Shown here: positions 28,568 to 36,681 of the stretch, one piece after another | Layout of the letters: each line of letters opens with the position of its first letter | How positions within the stretch are numbered: the stretch's first letter is position 1 | Assembly: GCA_964574825.1 (NCBI GenBank) | Contig: CAZNQC010000002.1 | Location: 3,557-52,170, forward strand | DNA length: 48,614 nt | Reading direction: 5' to 3' | Origin: an uncultured Sphaerobacteraceae bacterium | GTDB lineage: Bacteria > Chloroflexota > Chloroflexia > Thermomicrobiales > UBA6265 | The notes under the pieces: model-generated | The model's database searches: none | Told to the model about the DNA's origin: nothing | Seen by the model: the letters and a program-made list of their open reading frames with translations, nothing else | Translations under genes and position numbers: made by a program

Positions 28568-29404
28568 ATGGGCACGCTGTTTGTCGTGGCAACCCCGATT
28601 GGCAATCTCGGTGACATGACTCCCCGGGCAATCGAAACGTTGCGTTCGGTGAGTCTCATCGCCGCGGAGGATACCCGGCATACTGGCACCCTGCTTCGCG
28701 AATTCGACATCCGGACACCGACGATCAGTTACCACCACCACAACCGTGCCGCGCGGGCCGACCGCCTCCTCGCTGCGCTAGAACAGGGTGATGTCGCTCT
28801 GGTGTCAGATGCAGGCACACCCGCTATTGCCGATCCCGGCCATGAGCTGGTCGTCGCGGCGGTCGAGTCCGGGCACCGAGTCGTACCGATCCCGGGTGCA
28901 TCCTCGCTGTTGGCTGCCGTGGCGGGGTCAGGAATCGTGCCCGGTCCCTTCACCTTCGTCGGGTTTCTTCCTCGCGCTGGAGAGGAGCGTGCCCTGATTC
29001 TCGGTCGGGTGTTGACAGCAGGACTTCCGGTCGTGCTCTTCGAATCACCCTTGCGCACGCTGGGCACCTTGACGGACGTCCAGGCGGTTGCTCCGCTGCG
29101 GCAGGTAGTCGTGGCACGTGAGTTGACCAAAATGCACGAGGAGTTCCTGCGCGGAGATATTGCCGCGGTCATCGAGCGGGTAACGGCGGTGCCTCCGCGG
29201 GGTGAGGTGGTGATCGTGGTTGGTGGGACCGAAGCCGAGCAGACCTCGGTGGGGGATGACGCTGCGAATCTGGCCCACTCGCTGATTGCCCAGGGCATGA
29301 AACCCAGCAAGGCCGCCCGGGAACTGGCCGCGTCCACCGGACTCGACAGTGCCGCGGCCTATGACCTGGTCCAGCGAGTTCGCGCGGAGCAGGAGCAGTC
29401 CTGA
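28568..29404 (+). CDS. rsmI: 16S rRNA (cytidine1402-2'-O)-methyltransferase
   Basis: 278 aa starting GTLFVVATPIGNLGDMTPRAIETLRSVSLIAAEDTRHTG, followed by VSDAGTP, an RsmI tetrapyrrole-methylase-fold signature. GGAGG lies upstream. Confidence 0.88.
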   Translation: MGTLFVVATPIGNLGDMTPRAIETLRSVSLIAAEDTRHTGTLLREFDIRTPTISYHHHNRAARADRLLAALEQGDVALVSDAGTPAIADPGHELVVAAVESGHRVVPIPGASSLLAAVAGSGIVPGPFTFVGFLPRAGEERALILGRVLTAGLPVVLFESPLRTLGTLTDVQAVAPLRQVVVARELTKMHEEFLRGDIAAVIERVTAVPPRGEVVIVVGGTEAEQTSVGDDAANLAHSLIAQGMKPSKAARELAASTGLDSAAAYDLVQRVRAEQEQS

Positions 29405-29439
29405 CGCTCGGGCAAGGTGCTTCCGGTTCGCGGCGCGGA

Positions 29440-30597
29440 TCAGGATCGTGTAAAGGCCAAACGCCGGTGGTGCATGCGGATACTCTGCAACAAGCCCACC
29501 ATGATCAGCGAACTCCAGAGTGATGAGATCCCCGCACTGACGAACGGGAGCGTGATCCCGGCCACCGGCATCACCCCGAGATTCATCCCGATGTTGAGGA
29601 ATGACTGGAAGAAGAACGTTCCCGCAACGCATACGGCCAGGCACTGTCCAAACTGGTCGCGCGAGATTTCTGCTACCTGGAGGGTCCGCCAGAGGAAAAT
29701 GATCAGGGCCAGGAAGAGCGCGATCATGCCGATGAACCCGAACATGCCACTGGCGTGCGCGAAGATGAAGTCCGACTCGCGAACCCCAAGCAGTTCCATC
29801 TGGCTTTGCGTGCCACCCTCCAGCCCCGCGCCGCGCATGCCGCCCGCGCCAATACTGATTCGGGCCTGGATGGACTGGAAGCAGTAGCCGAGCGGATCGG
29901 CGTCCGGATTGAACGAGCACTCAAGGCGCAGTTTCTGGTAGTCACGCAGCACGAAGACCCAGGCGAACGCGGCAAGGGCGGGAACTGCGGCCAGCACGCC
30001 CACCAGGAACGCGCCGCGCGTGCGCATGACCAGCAGCGATGCACCCCAGAAGGCGATGTAGACCATCGCCTGCCCGAGGTCGGGTCCGATCAGGATGATG
30101 AACGTCGGCAGGGCCACGATCATGCCGGCAATGATGAAATTGCCGAAATCCTTCATCTCATCCCCACGCGACGAGACGAAGGCACAGAGCGCGATGATGG
30201 TCGTGACCTTGGTGAACTCCGACGGCTGGATGGTGGTGAACCCGAGGTCGATCCAGTTGCGGGCACCGGCAATGGAAACACCCAGCGGTGACAGCACGGT
30301 GAGAAGGAAACCGATCCCACCAGCATAGAGAATCCAGGCGGCGCTCTCGAAATAGCGATAGTCGATCGCGGCCACCACGAACATGATGACGAGCCCGACT
30401 GCGCCAAATACCAGTTGCTGGGTGCCGAGATTGAACGACAGGAGCGACGGGAGTCCGACAGCACTCCAGATCGCGACCGTGCCGAAAGCCATCAACACCA
30501 GCATGGTGATGAACAGCATCAGATCGAAGTCGCGCCAGCGTTCATTGGTGGAGCTCTGGACCTGGAAGCTGGAGCGATGCTGACGGGCGGAGAGCAT
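29440..30597 (-). CDS. FtsW/RodA/SpoVE-family peptidoglycan glycosyltransferase
   Basis: SEDS motifs are present: GARNWIDLGFTTIQPSEFTKV and ESDFIFAHASGMFGFIG. The start is uncertain. I chose ATG 30597 (MLSARQHRSS...), but in-frame ATGs at 30657 and 30672 are also possible. Confidence 0.75.
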   Translation of the reverse strand: MLSARQHRSSFQVQSSTNERWRDFDLMLFITMLVLMAFGTVAIWSAVGLPSLLSFNLGTQQLVFGAVGLVIMFVVAAIDYRYFESAAWILYAGGIGFLLTVLSPLGVSIAGARNWIDLGFTTIQPSEFTKVTTIIALCAFVSSRGDEMKDFGNFIIAGMIVALPTFIILIGPDLGQAMVYIAFWGASLLVMRTRGAFLVGVLAAVPALAAFAWVFVLRDYQKLRLECSFNPDADPLGYCFQSIQARISIGAGGMRGAGLEGGTQSQMELLGVRESDFIFAHASGMFGFIGMIALFLALIIFLWRTLQVAEISRDQFGQCLAVCVAGTFFFQSFLNIGMNLGVMPVAGITLPFVSAGISSLWSSLIMVGLLQSIRMHHRRLAFTRS

Positions 30598-30831
30598 GAA
30601 ACGTCCTGTGGCGATGGCAGCAGGCAAGGAAACGGAGGTGATACTGCCAGCGGCCATATTGGCATCTGCCATCCACTGGCGGCAAGGTTCGCCAGCCCGG
30701 TTGGCGGATTGGAACCGGCGCCATACAGGGTACAATCGAAGCAGGAATGAATGACTGAACGGCACCTCTGGTGCGATGCCACGGATTCAGGTCGAATTCG
30801 CTGTTTCAGGGCTACCAGAGAGGAGACGACG

Positions 30832-31401
30832 ATGTTTCCCATCAACGACGCAATCGATGCCATCCTGGTTGGCACCTTCCTCTTTGGATTGCTCTTCACC
30901 GTTGGATCTTTCCTGCTTGGCATTGCGGATCTGGGTGCCGACGCCGATCACGACAACGGACTCGACAACCTCTTCAACCTCAGCTCGATCCTTGCCTTCA
31001 TTACCTGGTTTGGCGGAATCGGCTACCTGGCGCGGAATGGATTCGGCTGGCCGTGGCCACTTGCCTTTGCCCTGGCGGCGGCGGGAGGTCTGTTTGCCGC
31101 CTGGGTCGCATTCCAGTTCGTCCGCAGGATCCTCAAGTCTCCCGACCAATACCTGAATCCCAGCGACTACGACCGGGTTGGCGTGCTGGCCCGCGTAACA
31201 TCGTCAATCCGCCCCGGTGGGGTCGGCGAAATCGTCTGGGAGCAGGGCGGGTCGCGTCGGGTCACGTCGGCCCGGGCGGCAGATGGCGAGGCCATCGCAC
31301 GCGGCACCGAGGTGCTCGTCCTCCGGGTTGAGCGAGGCATGGCGATTGTCGAACCGTTCGATCTCGAAATTGGCACCTCGGTTGCCGCCACCATGAGTTA
31401 G
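30832..31401 (+). CDS. NfeD-family membrane protein
   Basis: 189 aa. TM segments are followed by a C-terminal OB-like segment GVLARVTSSIRPGGVGEIVWEQGGSRRVTSARAADGEAIARGTEVLVLRVERGMAIV, typical of NfeD partners of SPFH proteins. GGAG lies upstream of ATG 30832. Confidence 0.7.
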   Translation: MFPINDAIDAILVGTFLFGLLFTVGSFLLGIADLGADADHDNGLDNLFNLSSILAFITWFGGIGYLARNGFGWPWPLAFALAAAGGLFAAWVAFQFVRRILKSPDQYLNPSDYDRVGVLARVTSSIRPGGVGEIVWEQGGSRRVTSARAADGEAIARGTEVLVLRVERGMAIVEPFDLEIGTSVAATMS

Positions 31402-31484
31402 CCGGAACTTCCCGTACGTTCGTGTCGTCAACGTTGTGTAGATAGTGAGTTGGTGGAGCCTCTCCACCACAGAAAGGGTCGCTC

Positions 31485-33113
31485 GTGGAGTTTTTGTCGA
31501 TTTTGATTACCGTCGCGGTGCTGGTGATCGCGCTGTTGCTGATCCTGGCCCTGGCCGCCCGGCTCTACCGGAAGGTGGGACCAAACCAGGCGCTGGTTGT
31601 CTATGGTTTCGGGGGCACCAAGGTCGTCAAGGGCTCGGGTCGTGTGATCTGGCCGATGATCCAGTCCAGCAAGGAACTCTCGCTGGAGTTGATGAGCTTT
31701 GACGTCGCGCCCCAGCAAGATCTCTACACCAGCCAGGGTGTGGCCGTTAACGTGGAAGCCGTCGCCCAGATCAAGGTTCAATCCGACCCGGTCAGCATCC
31801 TCACCGCGGCCGAGCAGTTCCTGACCAAAAATCCAACCGAGCGCGAGAACCTGATCCGGCTCGTGATGGAAGGCCATCTGCGCGGTATCGTTGGCCAGCT
31901 CACGGTTGAGTCGATCGTGAAGGAACCGGAGATGGTGGCCGATCGCATGCGCGGCAACGTCGCCGAAGATGTCGCCAAGATGGGCCTGGAAGTCATCTCG
32001 TTCACCATTCGCGAGGTGCGCGACAACAACGACTACATCCTGAACATGGGTAAGCCGGACGTCGCCAACGTGCGCCGGACGGCTGACATTGCCATGGCGG
32101 AAGCCGAGCGCGACATCGCCATCCGCCGCGCCCAGGCCATGCGCGAAGCGAAGATTGCCGAAGCCGCTGCCGAACAGGAGAAGGTGTCGGCGGAATCGGC
32201 CTCGCAGACCAAGCAGGCCGAGTCGGTGCGCGACCTCGAAATGAAGCGCGCAGAATACGACCGCTCGGTCAACGAGCAGCGCGCCCAGGCGGACAAGGCC
32301 TACGAAATCCAGGCGAACGTCCAGCAGCAGCGGATCGTTGAAGAGCTGGTCCGCATCGAACAGGTCCGCAAGCAAGGTGAGATCGCCGTGCAGGAAGCGG
32401 AAATCCTGCGTCGCGAGAAGGAATTGATCGCGACCGTGCTTCGTGCCGCGGAAGTCGAGAAGCAGCGAATCGAAACGCTCGCGTCGGCGGACAAGGAACG
32501 CGAAATCCTGCGTGCCTCGGCCCAGGCCGAAGCTCGCAAGCTGCAGGGTGATGCCGAGGCGGTTGCCCTTCGCGTTCAAGGTATCGCCGAGGCTGAAATC
32601 ATTGCCGCCAAGGGTGATGCGGAGGCCCAGGCCCTGCGGACGAAGGCTGGAGCCTATCAGGAATTCAACCAGGCTGCAGTGCTCGACCGCCTGATCGGTG
32701 AAATGCCGGAAGTCGTTCGTGCCCTGGCGGAACCGCTGACCAAGGTCGACAAGATCACCGTCATTTCCACTGGTGCCGATGGCAATGGCCAGGGCACCGG
32801 GGTGAATCGGATTGCCACGGATGTGACGACGATGATCGCCCAGTTCCCGGCCATGCTCGAGTCGCTGACCGGCGTCAAGCTCGACGACTTGCTGAAGAAC
32901 GTGCCGCAGTCCGGCAATGCGTTCAGGACCCAGGATTCCTCAGCCCAGGATCCCGAGCGAACCGTGCCAGCTCGCAAGCCGGCAGCCGACGCCGACACCC
33001 CGCGGGTGGAGGCGGAGCCAGTCGAGAATCGTCCGGCTGCCAATGGCACGTCCGAAGCTGATGCAGCGGCGAAGGAGAAGGCGCCGGAGCCCGTGGCGAC
33101 GCCCGGTGAATAG
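31485..33113 (+). CDS. Flotillin-family SPFH/Band-7 protein
   Basis: 542 aa. It has an N-terminal TM segment, an SPFH domain, then a long Ala/Glu/Arg-rich coiled-coil (EA repeats) typical of FloT/YuaG-like flotillins. The start codon is GTG. Confidence 0.85.
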   Translation: MEFLSILITVAVLVIALLLILALAARLYRKVGPNQALVVYGFGGTKVVKGSGRVIWPMIQSSKELSLELMSFDVAPQQDLYTSQGVAVNVEAVAQIKVQSDPVSILTAAEQFLTKNPTERENLIRLVMEGHLRGIVGQLTVESIVKEPEMVADRMRGNVAEDVAKMGLEVISFTIREVRDNNDYILNMGKPDVANVRRTADIAMAEAERDIAIRRAQAMREAKIAEAAAEQEKVSAESASQTKQAESVRDLEMKRAEYDRSVNEQRAQADKAYEIQANVQQQRIVEELVRIEQVRKQGEIAVQEAEILRREKELIATVLRAAEVEKQRIETLASADKEREILRASAQAEARKLQGDAEAVALRVQGIAEAEIIAAKGDAEAQALRTKAGAYQEFNQAAVLDRLIGEMPEVVRALAEPLTKVDKITVISTGADGNGQGTGVNRIATDVTTMIAQFPAMLESLTGVKLDDLLKNVPQSGNAFRTQDSSAQDPERTVPARKPAADADTPRVEAEPVENRPAANGTSEADAAAKEKAPEPVATPGE

Positions 33114-33140
33114 GGACTGACCCTGCTCCAACGTCCTGTC

Positions 33141-33177
33141 TACCACCCGGGGAGTCACTCCCCGGGTGGTATTCTTT
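33141..33177 (+). terminator. Intrinsic terminator after the flotillin gene
   Basis: A 13-bp stem taccacccgggga/tccccgggtggta with a 5-nt loop, followed by TTCTTT. Confidence 0.75.
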
Positions 33178-33234
33178 GCGTTGGTCGATTGACCTTCCAT
33201 CCGCCCTCCACCTGACAGGAAGCACGTCTCATTC

Positions 33235-33780
33235 ATGGATAGCGAATTCGGATACACCGCTTCATCGGCCTGGGTCGAGCGCTTCCGTGCCGAAGCGCTG
33301 GGTGAGCCCGGGCAGCGGCGCTTCCGCCTCGTGGTGGTGGTGACGGGCGAGACCTGCATCATCTGGATGGAAAAGCAGCAGATGCAGGCGCTGGGCATAG
33401 CCATTGGGCAGATTCTGCAGCAGTCGGCCGACCTGGGATCTGGGCTGGAAGGCGGCCAGGTGCCTGGCGCGTTCGATGAGAACACCTCGAACCAGTTCCG
33501 GCTTGGCCGGGTCGAACTTGGCTACGTGGACGACGACGGTTCGATCGTCATCAACGCCTACGATGTGCAGGATGAAGAGAGCCCCGGATTCTCGATGCGG
33601 TTCAACCGGGCACAGGCGCGGGAACTCAGTGGCCAGGCGGCCGAGCTCGTTGCGGCCGGACGTCCGATTTGCCCGATGTGCGGTCAGCCGATCGAACCAG
33701 GCGGTCACGTCTGTCCAGAGCAAAACGGGCATCTGCCATTGCCGATCGACGACCTCTACCTCGCCGATGAGGACGATTGA
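33235..33780 (+). CDS. DUF3090-domain protein
   Basis: 181 aa. The N-terminal GEPGQRRFRL, the W-EKQQ segment and the C-terminal CPMCGQPIEPGGHVCPEQNGH match the DUF3090 pattern known from Actinobacteria and Chloroflexi. Confidence 0.7.
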   Translation: MDSEFGYTASSAWVERFRAEALGEPGQRRFRLVVVVTGETCIIWMEKQQMQALGIAIGQILQQSADLGSGLEGGQVPGAFDENTSNQFRLGRVELGYVDDDGSIVINAYDVQDEESPGFSMRFNRAQARELSGQAAELVAAGRPICPMCGQPIEPGGHVCPEQNGHLPLPIDDLYLADEDD

Positions 33781-33812
33781 TACGTCGCTTGTCTTGCAAT
33801 CGTTCAATTTGG

Positions 33813-33842
33813 TTGACATCCACGCCCAATTATCGGTACTAT
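33813..33842 (+). promoter_or_regulatory. Sigma-70-type promoter of the ilv-leu operon
   Basis: TTGACA (33813-33818), an 18-nt spacer, then TACTAT (33837-33842). It lies in a locally AT-richer intergenic stretch about 45 nt upstream of the leader ORF. Confidence 0.5.
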
Positions 33843-33886
33843 CGTTTGTGCGGGAACGGCCCGCGTTTCATCGGCAGGAATTACGA

Positions 33887-33988
33887 ATGATGTCTCATTC
33901 TTCCAACCTGACCAACCTCGTACGCATCGTACTTATTGAGCTCCCGGTAGGGAGCCATTGGCGTGCGGGAGGAAATCTGGCTGAATAG
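33887..33988 (+). CDS. ilv-leu leader peptide (33 codons, branched-chain-rich)
   Basis: The peptide is MMSHSSNLTNLVRIVLIELPVGSHWRAGGNLAE. AGGAA lies 6 nt upstream. Seven of the nine codons 33917-33943 are Leu/Val/Ile. The ORF overlaps alternative stem segments and precedes the terminator at 34019-34046. Confidence 0.6.
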   Translation: MMSHSSNLTNLVRIVLIELPVGSHWRAGGNLAE

Positions 33989-34018
33989 CCGAATCGAATA
34001 ACAAGAACTCGACAGATG

Positions 34019-34046
34019 GCCTCCCACACAACCGGGAGGCTTTTTT
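34019..34046 (+). terminator. Attenuator intrinsic terminator upstream of ilvB
   Basis: Stem gcctccc/gggaggc (7 bp, 8-nt loop) followed by TTTTTT, located 185 nt upstream of the ilvB start. Confidence 0.7.
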
Positions 34047-34230
34047 GATGCTACCGACCAACGACGCCCGGGACGCATCCGAAACACCCGGTTTTCCAGC
34101 GCAGGAAGCCAGGAGCGCCAGTACATTCGACGATGGGTTCCATGGCGGCACGCATCATCGAGCAGGTTTCGGAACGGATCGGTCGCACGTTCGCCAGGTT
34201 TCTGGCGAGGATGGAAACGGAGCATCCACC

Positions 34231-35988
34231 ATGGTGGTCGCAAATCCCCAACCCACCACCCAGGCCCCGGAAGAGGCCCCCAAACCCGCGCCAGTCGCGG
34301 CGGAGGTTCTCACCGGCGCCCAGATCACCTGTCGCTCACTCGATGCCGAAGGGGTGACCACCGTTTTTGGCTATCCCGGTGGCGCGGTCATTCCGCTCTA
34401 CGACGCCATCCCAGCTGCCAACTTCAAGCATGTCCTGGTTCGCTTCGAGCAGTGGGCCGGGCTGGCCGCTGTCGGGTACGCCCGGGCGACCGGCGATGTG
34501 GGGGTGTGCATGGCCACCTCCGGGCCGGGCGCCACCAATCTGGTGACGGCCCTGGCCGATGCCTATCTCGACTCGGTGCCGATCGTGGCAATCACCGGCC
34601 AGGTCGCGCAGCCGCTGATCGGGCGCGATGGCTTCCAGGAAGTCGACATCACCGGCATCACCCTGCCGGTCACCAAGCACAACTACCTGGTCCGTCGCCC
34701 CGAAGACATTGCTCCCACCATCAAGGAAGCGTTCTACCTGGCCAAGTCCGGGCGGCCGGGTCCGGTGCTGGTCGATATCCCAAAGGATGTGTTCCTCGCC
34801 AGTGCGCCGTTCCACTATCCGGAGCGAGCCGGTCGCAAGAGCTACCAACCGAGCCTGGTGCCGAACACGCGGCAGGTGCGGCTCGCCGCCGAAGCGATCG
34901 ACCAGGCCGAGCGGCCCCTCATCATGGCCGGGCACGGCATCGTGTTGAGCAATGCCGGGGACGAGTTCCAGGCATTCGCGGAGAAGACAAGCATCCCCGT
35001 CATCTACACGTTGCTCGGGCTGGGGGCGATGGATGAGTACCATCCCCTCTCCCTCGGCATGATGGGTATGCATGGCCATCGCCACGTGAACCGCGCCCTC
35101 GAAGAATGCGATCTACTGGTCAATATCGGCGCTCGCTTCGACGACCGCGCGACTGGCAAGATCGCCGGTTTCGCCCCGAAGGCGAAGATCGTTCACGTTG
35201 ACATCGATCCCGCCGAGATCGGCAAGAATGTCCGCACCGACGTTCCGGTGGTTGGCGACGCGCGTGAAGCCCTCAAGTTGCTCATCGACGAAGTTGCCGT
35301 GGGCGACCATGCATCGTGGCGCGACTGGATCGAAGGCGAGCGGAACGTCGCGCTGGAGCGAGCTCTGGACGACCTGCCCGAGACGCCCGAACCGTACGCC
35401 ATCATCAAGGCCATCTCCGAGGTCACCGATCGCGAGGCGATCATCACGACCGACGTTGGGCAACACCAGATGTGGGCCGCCCAGCACACCGGCGTGAAGC
35501 ACGGTGATCGATGGATCACCTCAGGCGGCCTGGGTACCATGGGCTTTGGACTGCCGTCGGCCATTGGAGCCAAGATGGGGCGCCCCGACCGCGAAGTCTG
35601 GTCGATCATCGGCGACGGCGGGTTTCAGATGTCGTCCAGCGAACTGGCCACGGCCGTTCAGGAGAACCTGGACATCAACATCGCCATCATCAACAACGGC
35701 TTCCTGGGCATGGTTCGTCAGTGGCAGAACCTCTTCCACAACCGAAACTACTCCGAAGTTGCCATCAGCGCTCCCGACTTCGTGAAGCTGGCCGAAGCCT
35801 ATGGTGCGACCGGCATTCGCGTGACGAAAACCGAGGACATCGTTCCGGCCATCCAGCAGGCCCGGTCCATCAAGGGGCCAGTGGTCGTTGAGTTCGTCAT
35901 CGAGCCCGAAGCCAACGTCTATCCGATCGTGCCGCCCGGGGCCAGCAATTCCGAGATGATGCACATGCCGTCCGAGGAGAATCTGTAG
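34231..35988 (+). CDS. ilvB: Acetolactate synthase large subunit (biosynthetic, ThDP-dependent)
   Basis: GAQITCRSLDAEGVTTVFGYPGGAVIPLYDA, ATSGPGATNLVT and the ThDP motif GGLGTMGFGLPSAIG...IGDGGFQM are present. ATG 34231 has ACGGAG upstream. The track ORF extends in frame to 34045/34048, inside the terminator T-tract. Confidence 0.88.
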   Translation: MVVANPQPTTQAPEEAPKPAPVAAEVLTGAQITCRSLDAEGVTTVFGYPGGAVIPLYDAIPAANFKHVLVRFEQWAGLAAVGYARATGDVGVCMATSGPGATNLVTALADAYLDSVPIVAITGQVAQPLIGRDGFQEVDITGITLPVTKHNYLVRRPEDIAPTIKEAFYLAKSGRPGPVLVDIPKDVFLASAPFHYPERAGRKSYQPSLVPNTRQVRLAAEAIDQAERPLIMAGHGIVLSNAGDEFQAFAEKTSIPVIYTLLGLGAMDEYHPLSLGMMGMHGHRHVNRALEECDLLVNIGARFDDRATGKIAGFAPKAKIVHVDIDPAEIGKNVRTDVPVVGDAREALKLLIDEVAVGDHASWRDWIEGERNVALERALDDLPETPEPYAIIKAISEVTDREAIITTDVGQHQMWAAQHTGVKHGDRWITSGGLGTMGFGLPSAIGAKMGRPDREVWSIIGDGGFQMSSSELATAVQENLDINIAIINNGFLGMVRQWQNLFHNRNYSEVAISAPDFVKLAEAYGATGIRVTKTEDIVPAIQQARSIKGPVVVEFVIEPEANVYPIVPPGASNSEMMHMPSEENL

Positions 35989-35990
35989 CC

Positions 35991-36533
35991 ATGCGTCAGT
36001 CCCACACCCTCGTCGTGCTGGTTGAGGACCAGCCGGGCGTGCTGAATCGCGTCGTTTCGCTGATGCGCCGCCGCTCGTTCAACATTGATTCCATTACCGT
36101 CGGGCATTCCGAGCAGCCTGGTCTGTCGCGCATGACGCTCATCGTCAATGGCGAAGACAACGAGGTCGAGCAGGCCACCAAGCAGTTGTACAAGCTGCTG
36201 GAGGTCGTCAAGGTCACCGACATTCCCGTTGAGGATGCCATTACCCGCGAACTGGTGATCGTCAAGGTGGCGGCCAAGGGGCCGCAGCGCGCCGAGATCA
36301 TCCAGATCGCCGAGATTTACAGTGCCCGGATTCTGGACGCCACACCCACCACCCTGATGATCCAGGCAACCGGCTCCGAAGATCACGTCGATTCGTTCCT
36401 GACCATGATGCGCGTCTTCGGTATTCGCGAAATGGCCCGCAGTGGCAAGATTGCCATGTCCCGCGGCTCGGCCCAAACCCGGCAGGGGCGGGTAGACCGT
36501 ATTGGCGACGGCGCCTACGCGGTAGCCGACTGA
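35991..36533 (+). CDS. ilvN: Acetolactate synthase small (regulatory) subunit
   Basis: 180 aa. The ACT-domain N-terminus HTLVVLVEDQPGVLNRVVSLMRRRSFNIDSITVG is present. GAGGAG lies upstream, and the gene starts 2 nt after the ilvB stop. Confidence 0.9.
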   Translation: MRQSHTLVVLVEDQPGVLNRVVSLMRRRSFNIDSITVGHSEQPGLSRMTLIVNGEDNEVEQATKQLYKLLEVVKVTDIPVEDAITRELVIVKVAAKGPQRAEIIQIAEIYSARILDATPTTLMIQATGSEDHVDSFLTMMRVFGIREMARSGKIAMSRGSAQTRQGRVDRIGDGAYAVAD

Positions 36534-36681
36534 CACATGCCGACGGGAGCACCTCGAGGGTGCTCCCGTTTCACGTCACCAAGCTATCGATCCCGCCCGC
36601 TGGGTGGATGGATAAAGCGATGACCGATGTCCGGTCATCATGAGGCCGGGCGGCAGGGCCGCCCCAGGAGGACAAGACCAG

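Noticed and set aside
33845-34046. A T-box riboswitch upstream of ilvB, the usual ilv-leu control in Gram-positive-type lineages.
   Set aside because: I could not find the conserved T-box sequence (AANNNGGGUGGNACCGCG-like), an AGAGA/GNUGA K-turn or a specifier-loop architecture. The region is too short for a T-box leader (about 190 nt) and is better explained by the BCAA-rich leader ORF. An Rfam scan would settle this.
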